Of a stretch of 64,000 nt of DNA, positions 42,692 through 53,151 are shown in pieces (the first letter of the stretch is position 1; every line of letters begins with the position of its first letter). The notes under the pieces are model-generated. The model saw only the letters and a list, made by a program, of their open reading frames with translations, ran no database searches and was not told where the DNA came from. The stretch comes from an uncultured Pseudomonadota bacterium (GTDB lineage: Bacteria; Oederibacteriota; Muellerivitia; Muellerivitales; Muellerivitaceae). The stretch covers positions 576,001-640,000 of the forward strand of contig CAVYRH010000026.1 of the NCBI GenBank assembly GCA_963770835.1, in the 5' to 3' direction. Made by a program: the position numbers and the translations under genes.

Positions 42692-44343
42692 GAGCCAGCC
42701 CTCCGTATGCGGATAGGCTCCCTCAAGGAGCAACCCGCGAATTAGGGCCCTTCAACAAGGCCCGTTTTATTTTACGCAGGCCGCTGGCTCATTCATGTTA
42801 TCTCCGAAGACAAGGCGCGAATCCTTCAAAGGGAGCTATACCGAGCGGCCAAGAGGAGCCCGAACCGAAGGTTCCATGTGCTGTACGACAGGATGACCCG
42901 ATGGGATGTCCTGGTAGCGGCATGGAAACAGGTGAAGGCTAACAAAGGCCAAGGAGGAGTGGACGGGGAAACACTGGAATGGATTGAAAAGAAGGTAGGG
43001 ATTATTCCATTCCTGAAGGGAATCCAGGAGGAACTCAAATCTGGGAAGTACCGGCCTAAGCCGGTGAGACGAGTGGAAATACCCAAGCCTGACGGAAGTA
43101 AGAGACCGTTGGGAATTCCGGTAATCCGGGATCGGGTAGTCCAAGCGGCTTGCCGGAAGGTGGTAGAACCTATTTTTGAGGCGGACTTTCTGGAAGGCTC
43201 GTTTGGATTTCGGCCAAAACGCGGAGCCCAACAGGCCCACCGGGAGATCAAGAAGTGGATCAACGGGGGGTACACATGGGTAGTGGATGGAGACATCAGG
43301 AAGTATTTCGATTCCATCGACCATGACAAACTGATGGTGCTAGTGCGCCAGAGGGTCAGTGACAGGAATATTTTGAACCTGATCCAAGGGTGGCTGAAGG
43401 CGGGTGTGTTTGAGGAAGGTAGGCTTAGGCCGACCGTCCAAGGGACGCCCCAAGGCGGAGTAATTTCACCGCTGTTATCCAATGTTTACCTCCACTTGTT
43501 GGACAAGGTTTGGAATAAGAGGCACAGGAAATTGGGAAGGCTGGTACGGTACGCAGATGATTTTGTGGTGCTGTGCGGTAGCCAAGCCAATGCGGAAAAG
43601 AGCCTGGAGGTCATCAAGCAATTGATGGGACGTATGGGGCTCGAACTGCACCCGGAAAAGACACGGCTGGTGGAAATGGGGCCTGCAAAGGAAGGTTTTG
43701 ACTTCCTGGGGTTTCATTTTCAAGTAGGTATGCCAGTGGTAGGATTGGGAAAGACCTGTTGCCTGAGCTGGCCGAGTCGGAAGGCTATGAAGAAAATCGC
43801 CGAGAAGGTGAAGCAGATGACGGCGGGCCGAGAGCGACTCTTATCTCCAATGGAGGATTTAGCGAAGGCTTTGAACCCGGTGTTGAGGGGATGGGCCAAC
43901 TATTTTCGTATCGGGGATAGCCAGCAGTACTTTTCTAAGCTCCAATTTTACGTACTGGAGAGGCTGACTTTGTTCCGGAGGCGTAAGTACGCCTGGGAAG
44001 GACGAACATGGCCGATCGAGGAAGTGAAACGCCTTGGTTTGAACTGGATTCCAACTTTTAGCTCGTATGCCGCCGGATGAAAGGTTGTCGGAAAGCCGTA
44101 TGATCGAAAAGGTCACGTACGGTTTGATGAGGGGATGCAGGAAACGGAATGATGGGCGATCCTAAACGGGCACGGAACTGGAAACAGGGAAACAAGCCAA
44201 GGGTTAACCTGCACATTACTGCGCCTGTGTTCTACTCTACAGAAAAAAGACCTTTTAGTACTAATTTTCTTGTTTCACGTCGGACGAAATGTTGCTGACT
44301 GACTTGGAAGTTGGAGCATCAGTGTGATTCAGGAATTCTAAAC

Positions 44344-44931
44344 CTAAAGACCCAATCCTCGAAGAAATGCTTCTGACTCGCGCTCGAACTTTTCCCGTTT
44401 GTATGAAATCATGGCCATACGCCAAATGCCTTGGAAGTACGTAACTATGACAGCAGCAACTGTATGTGAGTCATAGCTTTTAGGAAGACGCCCAGCTTTT
44501 TTGTCTTCATCAATCTTATCTTCAATTAACTTTTTAGCTTGATTGACACTGGCAATAGCAACTTTCTTTAATTCGCTATCAGCCATGACATCTCCGGAAA
44601 TCATTGCCGCAATCATGCAAAGGGATGAAGGTTTCTTCGGATCATCGAGACAATCGAACATTGCGCTTAGCATAGCCCGCAGTCCGAGACGCGCATTCGG
44701 GGCTGATGTTAGAGCCAAAATTCTTTTATTGCCTTTGACCTCTCCATATCGATTCAAGCATTCGATGTAGAGTTGCTTTTTGCTTTTGACGGTATTGTAG
44801 AAAGAGCCTTCCCCAATTTTCATCGCCTTGAGAAGGTCTCTCATTGATGCGCCGGAGTATCCCTCACCCCAAAAGACCCGCATTGCTTGATCCACTGCAT
44901 TATCGTAATTAAATTCTATTTTTCGACTCAT
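44344..44931 (-). CDS. TetR/AcrR-family regulator
   Basis: VFW.EGY.GASM.DL...M.I..GSFYN...SK HTH. Confidence 0.9.
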   Translation of the reverse strand: MSRKIEFNYDNAVDQAMRVFWGEGYSGASMRDLLKAMKIGEGSFYNTVKSKKQLYIECLNRYGEVKGNKRILALTSAPNARLGLRAMLSAMFDCLDDPKKPSSLCMIAAMISGDVMADSELKKVAIASVNQAKKLIEDKIDEDKKAGRLPKSYDSHTVAAVIVTYFQGIWRMAMISYKREKFERESEAFLRGLGL

Positions 44932-44971
44932 GCCTCATTTTACTCAGGCGAAACTCAGTAAACAATCCATT

Positions 44972-45031
44972 TGTAGCAACCGCAACAATAACGGTTGACA
45001 GTGGATGGGCCATTCTGTAGCGTATACTACA
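44972..45031. promoter_or_regulatory. two candidate TetR operators flanking a TTGACA
   Basis: TGTAGCGTATACTACA (45016-45031) and TGTAGCAACCGCAACA (44972-44987) between divergent genes. Confidence 0.55.
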
Positions 45032-45079
45032 TTAAGTAGATGGTGAAATTTTCACAATGTCAGACTTAGGAGACAAACT

Positions 45080-46042
45080 ATGAAAAAGAATCTCGCACTC
45101 GTTACCGGCACTACGTCTGGTCTAGGATATTCGGCAGCCAAGCAACTTGTCCAGGATGGTTGGAGTCACGTGATAGTCACTGGACGCAGCCAGCCCGGGG
45201 TGGATGAAGCCGTTAATAGATTGAAGGCGGAGACCGGAACGCAAAATTTTACTGGTATTGCCCTAGACCTTAATTCCTCTGCCAGCGTGAAGAAGGCTGT
45301 CGCCGCGCTAGTAAAGCGAGGCGCACCCATAGATTTTCTCCTTCTTAACGCTGGTATGATGCCAGGCAAAGAACGTGTTGTGACAAGCGAGAACATTGAG
45401 GCTTCGCAAGCGCCGTTGATCGGCCATCACCAGTTAACGATGGGACTTTTAGGGGCCGGACTTCTGGCGCCGGATGCTCGTATCGTTATTGCCGGTGCGG
45501 AACCTGCACGAGGTGATGTACCCATGTTTCAATTTACCGACTTGGCGGCATTCGCCGCGAAAGAGTACAAAGGCGACCGGGTTTCAGCCATAGAAGCGAT
45601 TTTGCGCAGCTCCCCGAATGTAAAATACAAGGCTAGCACGGCTTACTCTGACGCTAAAATATTTGTCGCGTGGTGGGTCGCGGCCCTTGCTCGAAAGCTT
45701 CCTGCGGACATGGCCGTATACGCAGTTTCACCCGGAGCCGCTCCAGATACCCTGGCGCCTCGCAATCTAGGTTTTGTGATGAAGAACGTATTTGTGCGGA
45801 TTTCGAAACTTATTCCTGGAATGTCACATTCCGTCGATGAAGGGGCCAAAAGATATCTCACGGCCTCGAAGTTTGGCGTCGATGTTTCTGGCAAGTTCTT
45901 TTGCTCGCCTCCAAAAAAGATGACGGGTCCCATTGAGATCATGCGCCATGAACACCTCCATGACCGCGCAAATCAGGACGCCCTTTGGCGGGCGGTTGTA
46001 AAAGTATCTGGAGTTGACACCGAAATCGGGAATCAAAAGTAG
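45080..46042 (+). CDS. short-chain dehydrogenase/reductase
   Basis: VTGTTSGLG, LNAG, YSDAK (YxxxK), VSPG. Confidence 0.9.
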   Translation: MKKNLALVTGTTSGLGYSAAKQLVQDGWSHVIVTGRSQPGVDEAVNRLKAETGTQNFTGIALDLNSSASVKKAVAALVKRGAPIDFLLLNAGMMPGKERVVTSENIEASQAPLIGHHQLTMGLLGAGLLAPDARIVIAGAEPARGDVPMFQFTDLAAFAAKEYKGDRVSAIEAILRSSPNVKYKASTAYSDAKIFVAWWVAALARKLPADMAVYAVSPGAAPDTLAPRNLGFVMKNVFVRISKLIPGMSHSVDEGAKRYLTASKFGVDVSGKFFCSPPKKMTGPIEIMRHEHLHDRANQDALWRAVVKVSGVDTEIGNQK

Positions 46043-46164
46043 AACCAAAACTGTGACCACGGCGGAATTTCGTTAATTTAATAACCACCGGTTTGAAAGG
46101 AGGGTTATGCCGAACTTACTTAGTGAACAAAGGGGCCAGGCCAACATTCGACATTTTAGGATTC

Positions 46165-46335
46165 AATAAAAAGAGCCCGATTTGTTCCAAAACCGGGTTC
46201 TTTTGTTTTTACCGCCATCCGTCCTACCGCGGCAAACCGCCCTCCTACGCCGTCCCACTATGCCCGAAGGGCTTCTCCCGACGTTCTGCTAGCTTTGGGA
46301 GACAGGTCGAGGGGCAGGCCTTAACGGCAACCCCA
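46165..46335 (+). repeat. terminator-plus-tail repeat, copy with nested REP-like insertion
   Basis: AATAAAAAGAGCCCG..CGGGTTCTTTTGTTTTTACCGCCATCCGTCCTACCGCGGC. Confidence 0.85.
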
Positions 46336-46499
46336 ATAGCTCCCCCCCTCGGACCAGTTAATCTAAATTTCAAATAATTCGTTGTCAGCCGGGACAATAT
46401 TTGTGCGCAATTAGGAAAATTACAACCTTCCTCAATCTTCCGTTGACCCTTCGCAATATCCGCCTCTAAAATTTTCCCGCCGAAATATTAGCCAGGAGG

Positions 46500-48446
46500 T
46501 TGTCTATGAACGCGCCCGTTGAGATAAAAGACGTTTTGGCACTTTTGCCGGAAATATTTCCCGGCGTCCAAGCAATTCCCCTCAAGCGGATCTACCCTAA
46601 CCCGGAGAATCCGGGACCCCCTGTCTCCGAAGAGGATATCCAGAGCATGGTTGAAAGCATCCTGGTGGATGGTCTTTTGGACCCCGCCAAGCTCAAGCCC
46701 TACCCAATCGAGCCCCCCAATGGCCCCGGCCTTCTGGCTCCCGGGGTGAGCCTGCACCCAGACAATCCGCGGTTAAAGGGAGATGGCACCCCCTGGAAAG
46801 TGGAGGATTTCAATTGGATGATCCTGACCGGGGAACTCCGCTGGCGGGCTCTTGACCGGCTTCAAACCCAGGGCTGGGTCTGGCAGGGCCCGCCTTCCCC
46901 GGGCCTTCAACCCAGCTACCGTCTGACGCATTTCGATACCACCCCGGAAGGGGCCATGCCGGCTTTTGCCCTCAACCCGACCGAGGAAGAAGCCGTCGTT
47001 ATCACCCACACGGACAATGACCCCCGGCAAAGGGGCTGGTGGGCCGGCTACCAGAGCATTGAACAGCTAGTGAAGGCCAACCCGAACCAGACCCAAGGCC
47101 AAGTTGCGGCCCGGTTAAAGATGGATAGGAACAAGGTGACCCGGGCAATTGGCCTCTTACCCCTCTTAAACGCGGCGTCAAAGGCCTTGATTAGCCGACA
47201 GTCAGCTAATTCAAATAAGGGAATTTGGGGTATTTCTGAGATGGCGACCTACCAATTGGCTGGTTTAGGACCAGGGACCGGCTTGAAGCCAGGGGTAAAG
47301 GCGGCAGGGGCCGAAAGCCAGAAGCTATGGCCCTATCCCGCAATACCGCCCGAGACCCAAGACCTGATCCGGCGGACCCTGGAGGTGGCCATTGACCGGG
47401 AATTGACTGAGGCAGGGGTCAAGGGACTGGTGGGCCATGTCCAGGGTGGCCATCAGCCGGAGGAGTTTGGGCAATCCCAAGGGGAAGGCACCCCTTCCGG
47501 GGAAAAGGCTTCATCTGGAACTGGGGTTGCCGCGTCGTCAACGCCCGCCTATTCGGCGGGCACTCCTCGCAATGACAGCGAAAATGAGGATGAGGAAACC
47601 GATGGGGCCGGTTCCCCTACGGAACCGGCACACCCAAGCCACGGGCTTCGGCTGGTAGCCTCCGCCCAGGGGGAAGGGGAGGAAGACTTCAAACCCATCC
47701 CCTGGTCGGAAAATTTCAATCATCCGCAATATGGGGTCATCCCGGTTAACCGAATCCGGCTGAATCGCTATATCGCCATCATGTACCAAAGCTACCTTGG
47801 CCTGGACCGGTATGTCCTCGCCATGAAAGCCACACAATACGCTTCGGAAATCAGTGTCCGAAGCCTGACGGCGGATGAAAATGCGGCCGACCCGGACCAT
47901 GATTACGAGCTGTTCGAGGGTGCCCATACCTTGAAGGCGGCCCAAATACTGGGTTGGCCCAGCCTCCAGGCGAAGGTCTATCCCATCGATGAAATGGAAG
48001 CCGTTCGGCTCCATAACCTTAACCGCAGGCTTTTCAGTCCCTTAACCTGGATTGAGAAATACCTCTGGATCGCCGATAGGGTGAAGGAGGCACCGGAAAA
48101 GTCGGCTGCCCAATGGGCTATAGAAACTCATGATGACCAGGAATTGGTGATGAGGGTATTGCCTGTGCTGAAACTCATCAATGAGCCTGCAATGACCGCC
48201 ATTGCCAAATCCGTCCATCAATGTTACCGGGCTGGAGGTTACGAGTTCGGGCCTGAATTCTCCCTATTCCTGGAACCATTGAAAGCTTTTTCAAAAGACC
48301 TGTCGAAAACCCAAAAGATGGTGGAACAGGTAGTCGGACGGGCTATTGAAATGGAATTGGAAGAGGATGATATCGAGGCGCTGGTGGATTGGGTCCTGGC
48401 CGGCCATGATCCCAACGAGTTCGAGGTGGAAGCCGTAGTGGAATGA
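46500..48446 (+). CDS. protein with two ParB/Srx-like modules
   Basis: IPLKRIYPNPENP...ILTGELRWRA + HTH (TQGQVAARL); second IPVNRI...LFEGAHTLKAA module. Confidence 0.65.
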   Translation: MSMNAPVEIKDVLALLPEIFPGVQAIPLKRIYPNPENPGPPVSEEDIQSMVESILVDGLLDPAKLKPYPIEPPNGPGLLAPGVSLHPDNPRLKGDGTPWKVEDFNWMILTGELRWRALDRLQTQGWVWQGPPSPGLQPSYRLTHFDTTPEGAMPAFALNPTEEEAVVITHTDNDPRQRGWWAGYQSIEQLVKANPNQTQGQVAARLKMDRNKVTRAIGLLPLLNAASKALISRQSANSNKGIWGISEMATYQLAGLGPGTGLKPGVKAAGAESQKLWPYPAIPPETQDLIRRTLEVAIDRELTEAGVKGLVGHVQGGHQPEEFGQSQGEGTPSGEKASSGTGVAASSTPAYSAGTPRNDSENEDEETDGAGSPTEPAHPSHGLRLVASAQGEGEEDFKPIPWSENFNHPQYGVIPVNRIRLNRYIAIMYQSYLGLDRYVLAMKATQYASEISVRSLTADENAADPDHDYELFEGAHTLKAAQILGWPSLQAKVYPIDEMEAVRLHNLNRRLFSPLTWIEKYLWIADRVKEAPEKSAAQWAIETHDDQELVMRVLPVLKLINEPAMTAIAKSVHQCYRAGGYEFGPEFSLFLEPLKAFSKDLSKTQKMVEQVVGRAIEMELEEDDIEALVDWVLAGHDPNEFEVEAVVE

Positions 48447-48535
48447 GGGTTGAACCGAAATAAAAGGAGCCTTATTTGGACTCTTGAAGAGGTTCCTCAC
48501 TTATGCTAACCTTCATTAACTTCGAGGAGGAAGCC

Positions 48536-48787
48536 ATGCCGACGAAAAACCCAAGAATCCATGTTGTATTGGAGCGCCCGCTGTTCGAGAACGTGAAGGG
48601 TTTGGCCAAGAAGAACGGCTTGTCCGTCAGCTTGGAGGCCAGGGAACTGATCCGCGAGGCGCTTCGCTCCACGGGAAAAAACACCCCCCGGATCTATACG
48701 GGCAAACACACAAAAAACCTCATTGGGAAATTCCACATGGGCAAAGCGGACTTGGACGAAGTCTTGGCGAAACAAGTCCATGGATAA
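48536..48787 (+). CDS. ribbon-helix-helix antitoxin
   Basis: MPTKNPRIHVVLE...LAKK.G.SVS..ARELIREAL; overlaps the PIN gene. Confidence 0.8.
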   Translation: MPTKNPRIHVVLERPLFENVKGLAKKNGLSVSLEARELIREALRSTGKNTPRIYTGKHTKNLIGKFHMGKADLDEVLAKQVHG

Positions 48788-49187
48788 GGTTTTATTGGAT
48801 ACGAGCGCCATTTACGCGCTTTTGGACGCCGACGATGACCATCACCGGAAAGCCGCCGCAATCAGCCAACAGCTGGTTAGGCGGAAAGTTGTTTTGGTCC
48901 TCCCGAATTTTCTCCTGGCTGAATCCCATGCCATCCTCAACAAACGATTAGGGCCGCAAGCCGCCCGGGATTTCCTGAACTCGGCCCTGCAAGAGTATGA
49001 GATTGAGCGGGCGACGCTGGAGGATGAATGGGCCGCTTATGCCTCGCTCCAACAAACCAGCCGGGCGAAGGATTTGAGCTACTTCGACGCCGTCGCCATC
49101 GCCATGGCCGACAGGCTTGGAATCGGAGAGGTTTTCAGTTTCGACCGGCATTTCAAGCTGGCGGGATTGAGCCTGGCGGAAGGATAA
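48780..49187 (+). CDS. PIN-domain (VapC-like) toxin
   Basis: LLDTSA, LAE, LSYFDA, SFDRHF. Confidence 0.9.
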   Translation: MDKVLLDTSAIYALLDADDDHHRKAAAISQQLVRRKVVLVLPNFLLAESHAILNKRLGPQAARDFLNSALQEYEIERATLEDEWAAYASLQQTSRAKDLSYFDAVAIAMADRLGIGEVFSFDRHFKLAGLSLAEG

Positions 49188-49251
49188 GCCATGAAAACCG
49201 GTCACACCTTGCGAATTAACGAAACAGAGGGGTCTGGCCAATAGCTTGTGC

Positions 49252-50182
49252 TTACCAGCTCCCGCTGGCTCCGCCGCCACCGGAAGAACCGTCGCCGAAG
49301 CCACCGCCCCCGCCGCCCGATGAACTGCCGAACCCGCCTGAAGTGGCGCCCCAAATCCAGCCTTTGTTTTTTCCTCTGCGGGCGATCTTGAGGGCTTTGG
49401 GATAGCGGAACCCCAGCCAAAGCCCGGTGACCAGGGCTAAAAGTCCCAGGACACCTAAAGTCCAAACGTTCCAACTTTCCGTGCCGTCTTCCGAGATGAT
49501 CATCCCCAGGGGAATTCCCCCGAAACACAACCCCCAGAAGATGATAAAGACCACCTTGTCGCTGATGCCGAGGCCGACCATGAGCAGGCCAAAGACCACG
49601 AAAACGGAAAAGAAAAGAGTGTGAAAGATCTTACCAGCGGATAGATCCAGGGGGACGGGATTGGGGTGCGCGGACTCAAAGGCTTGGCCCGAATCCGCGC
49701 CGGTCACGAAGCGGGCCAGTTGGGTCACCCCTTCCACCGTGCCTTTCCCGTATTCCCCCTGCTTGAAGGCGGGGGTAAAGGAATTGCGGATGACCGAACC
49801 GGCCAGGCCGTCGGTGATGACGCCTTCCAGGCCATAGCCCACTTCCACCCGCATTTTCCGCTCCGGCGGGCAGATGAGGACCAGCAGGCCGTTGTCCTTG
49901 CCCTTCCTTTTTCCCGATGCCCCATTTCTGGAAAAGGCGGTTGGCGTATTCCTCCACGGTCATTCCCTCCAGGGAGTTGACCGTCACCACGGCGATTTCG
50001 GCGGTGGTCTTTTTTTCCAGGCCGGTAATGACATCGTTCAGGCGGGTCCGGCTATCGGCGTCCAGGACATTGGCGAAGTCGTTGACGTAGCCTTGCGGGG
50101 AAGGGAATGAGACGTCCTTGGCCAGGCAAGCCGCCGACGATCCCAAGGCCATCAAGAGAACGAGGAGGAGTTTCCGGAACAT
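49252..50182 (-). CDS. TPM-domain (YgcG/DUF477) protein, frameshifted near 49905
   Basis: YVNDFA...WGIGKK | GKDNGLL...RVEVGYGLEG...GGGGASGSW in two frames. Confidence 0.85.
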
Positions 50183-50467
50183 TCACCTAGAGTAGGGTAA
50201 AAAGGCCGCACTGGAAAATGGAATTTTCCAGTGCGGCGGAAAATAGCCAAACCCCAAAAGGGGAGCTGGGGCCGGGTTTCCCCTTTTTTCGTTTACCCCA
50301 AAAACAGCCACAGCCCTGCAACTAAAGAGGGCGGCCTCGCGTCCTAAACACGTCAACAATAGTCGCTTGCCGAAAAACTTTAACCGGGAAGAAACATCCG
50401 ATTTGTGGGGCGCGTATCCAGGGTTGGAAGCCGGCAGGCGGTCCGTGAAATAAAAGGAGGCGGTGAA

Positions 50468-51715
50468 ATGAGGAAAATGGCGATCGTTATGGCGGCGGTC
50501 ATGGGTTTGGGCTGTGTGGGAACGCTCCGGGCCGCGGTCGCGGATGAAGGTGTGACCGCGGAATTCGAGAAGAAACTGGACAGTGGAAAACCAGGAAAAG
50601 TACATCCGAACGACCCACGAACAGGCGGCCCAGCAGATTGAGAAGCTGACAGAGCGGACGCAATCGGTGCAAATGCGGACCGACGAGACAATGGAAAGAC
50701 AGGCCCAGTCGGCGCAGGCGGATATGGCCAAGCAGATCAACAGGTACAGGACGACGAATTGAAGGAGCACGATCACTGGGCGACCCAGGCGCTGAAGGCC
50801 AAGCGGAAGACGGAGGAACTTTCCAAGGAGATCGGCAAGCTGAAGGCCAAGAAAAACGGATCTTCCCCGAATGCGGTGGACGCCGACAAAGACTCCGGCC
50901 GGATCCTGGAATTGACCCGGGAACAAATGGCCGAGGAAAAGGACATGAAGGACGATAACGACAAGGCTGCCAACGCGCTGAACGCCGCCAACCTGCAGAT
51001 CAAGGTTCTCACGGCCCAGGAAGTGACGTCGGGCTTTGACGCGCAAAAAAACGCGTCCCTGGCCGCGGAAGCCCAAAAGAAAGCCGAGGGTAAGATCAAG
51101 CAAATCGCCCCGGGGGCGATCGACACGCTCCAGAAAAACGCGCAGGGCCAAATCCAGGCGACCAAAACAAGGAGAACCCAGTACGTGGCCGAACAGGGGG
51201 ACACGGACAGACAGATCCAGCAGGCACAGTTGAAGGAGGACAGGGAACATAAGAAATGCGCGGAAAGTTGGTCGCCACCCAAAAGACACTGGACAACCTC
51301 GCCCAGGAGTCGACGATGCGACGAAGAAGAGTATACCGACGCCTGGAACGGCCCCGAGGGAAACCGCCCATGTTGGGCCGAAACAGGTCAACAAACTGGA
51401 TGGGGTGAAATCAAGCGTGGAGCAAAAGGACCAGAAGGACGGAGCAAATGAGGGATGTAAAACATCACCTGAGGACGCGAACACCCAGATCACCGGACTT
51501 GACGGGCCCAGAGAGGAACTTTCGGGTTGGAGGCGAAAATGGAAGCCTACCTGGCCGAGGAGGTTCAAAGCCGGAGCGACAAGGCGGTTGAACACCTCAC
51601 CACCCAGGAGAAAACGCCGTTTAAAACCCTGGAAGACGGGGGCCTGACCGTGGAAAAGACCGCGCCCACCAAAATCAAGAAAACCAGGCATACCCAACAT
51701 AAAAAAGTCCCTTAA
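50468..51715 (+). pseudogene. secreted coiled-coil protein in several frames
   Basis: AAGGAGG RBS and signal peptide; K/E/Q/A-rich reading continues across shifts near 50582, 50742 and beyond 51260. Confidence 0.5.
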
Positions 51716-51767
51716 AAGCACCCGCCTTGGCAAAGGTAAAAGCCGCGGTGGAATGAGCTTTTGGCCT

Positions 51768-51873
51768 GAAATAAAAAGAGCCGGCCTTCGGCCGGTTCTT
51801 CTTTGGAACCGGCGTAAAGCCGGGTTCTTTTGTTTTTACCGCGAGCCGACCTGCCGCAGCGAGCCGCCGCAAC
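51768..51873 (+). repeat. terminator-plus-tail repeat
   Basis: GAAATAAAAAGAGCCGG...CCGGGTTCTTTTGTTTTTACCGCGAGCCGACCTGCCGCAGCGAGCCGCCGCAAC. Confidence 0.85.
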
Positions 51874-51986
51874 GTTCGCTTTCCACCGAAGCCCATTTGC
51901 CCAAGGAAATCCCCGATTTTACGAAAGTTCTTCCGCTTGCATTAACACATAGTATGGGTTATTTTTCCTCATCCCCCGGAGGGCCC

Positions 51987-52934
51987 ATGAAAAAGATATA
52001 TCTAGTGCTCGGCTTGTTGTGCCTCGGCTTTAGCGTCATCATCCTGGCTGGCTGCCCCGCCAAAAGCAGCAGCCCCTCCAGCCCCGGCAATCCGCCCACG
52101 GCCACCCCCGGGCCCGTCACCGTCCTGACCGCCTTCGCCACCATCGGAAGCAGCACCAATTTCTCCCTTCCGGCGGGGATCCTCTATACGAACGGCAACC
52201 TCTGGGTCGCGGATTCCTCCAACGACAGCCTTTCCGAATGGACCACCACGGGGACAAACCTAAAGACCATCACTACCTTCAATGGCGGCGCGACTTTTGA
52301 CAATCCCTGGGGCGTCAACTTAGACCCCTCGGGCAATATTTACGTGGCGGATTACACCAACTCGAACGTCGAGCTTTTCAGCCCGTCCGGAGCTTACATT
52401 ACGTCGGTGAACTCGGCCGTCCTATCGGGAAATGACCCCATTGGGGTGGCGGTCAATTCGGGGGGGACGACCTTGCTGGTCCTATCCGCCATCGCGGGGA
52501 CGGGTGTTTTCGCCTTCCCCGTCACTGCCGGCTCACCCCCGACCTATGGGACGCCGGCCACCCTTTGCACCGGCGGCCCCGTCAGCACGACCAGCCTGCC
52601 CATGAACCTCAAGTTGGATAAAGCCGGGAATATCTGGGTCGCGGATGAGGGAGGCCATTACCTGGTCGAGTTCAACCCGTCCGGGGCTTTCCAAAAGGCG
52701 GTGTCCTTCGGGACCAATCCTTTTTCCCCATCCGACCTGGCCTTTGACAATTCCGGGAACATTTATGTGGCGGACACTGGCGGCCACCAGCTTGTTGTCT
52801 TCAACGCCTCGGGGTCGCCCGTGACCGCCATCACGAGTTTGAACCTTTCCACGCCGTACGGCATTGCCACGGACGGCCATGGAACCTTTTACGTTACCGA
52901 TAACGGCCACAAGCAGATCGTCGTCTGCCATTGA
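51987..52934 (+). CDS. NHL-repeat lipoprotein
   Basis: Lipobox LAGC; P.G...D..GNIYVAD repeats. Confidence 0.88.
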   Translation: MKKIYLVLGLLCLGFSVIILAGCPAKSSSPSSPGNPPTATPGPVTVLTAFATIGSSTNFSLPAGILYTNGNLWVADSSNDSLSEWTTTGTNLKTITTFNGGATFDNPWGVNLDPSGNIYVADYTNSNVELFSPSGAYITSVNSAVLSGNDPIGVAVNSGGTTLLVLSAIAGTGVFAFPVTAGSPPTYGTPATLCTGGPVSTTSLPMNLKLDKAGNIWVADEGGHYLVEFNPSGAFQKAVSFGTNPFSPSDLAFDNSGNIYVADTGGHQLVVFNASGSPVTAITSLNLSTPYGIATDGHGTFYVTDNGHKQIVVCH

Positions 52935-52998
52935 CCCCGGCTTGCGGGGCGCGAATTAAAAAAAGGCGCCTAGCCGCCCTATTCCATTTTAGGCACTC

Positions 52999-53054
52999 AT
53001 AAAAAGAACCCGGCTCGGAGAGGAGCCGGGTTCTTTTTTTTACCGCCAGCCGCC
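52999..53054 (+). repeat. terminator-plus-tail repeat (short)
   Basis: ATAAAAAGAACCCGGCTC..GAGCCGGGTTC, T-run, ACCGCCAGCCG. Confidence 0.85.
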
Positions 53055-53151
53055 TTTATGCCAGGAAAACCTTGGCTTTACGGCGGCTTGTTATCCTTGA
53101 TTTAACGGATGGTTTAGGATAATTTTCCTTCATCTTTTTCCGGAGGGAATC

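Larger units (their letters stand above)
41281..42803 (-). mobile_element. IS110-family element, IS1111 group
   Basis: 13-bp subterminal IRs ATGAATGAGCCAG (41284-41296) / CTGGCTCATTCAT (42784-42796), 3 and 7 nt from the ends; CT core at both junctions; long 3' non-coding end. Confidence 0.92.
41259..44080 (+). pseudogene. ltrA: group II intron RT/maturase split after codon 7 (41259..41280 + 42804..44080)
   Basis: Removing the IS gives MPQKANNSEDKARILQRELYRAAK in frame with PQGGVISP, RYADD, LRGWANYF. Confidence 0.9.
40727..44240 (+). mobile_element. group II intron 2, interrupted by an IS110-family element
   Basis: Domain V AAGCCGTATGATCGAAAAGGTCACGTACGGTTT at ~44093-44125; 3' end CTACTCTAC; 5' end approximate (GTGGA, inferred from AAAGGG/CCCTTT pairing). 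Confidence 0.8.

Noticed and set aside
50183..51733. 516-aa minus-strand ORF
   Set aside because: Shadow of the purine-rich + strand coiled-coil gene; no recognisable motifs
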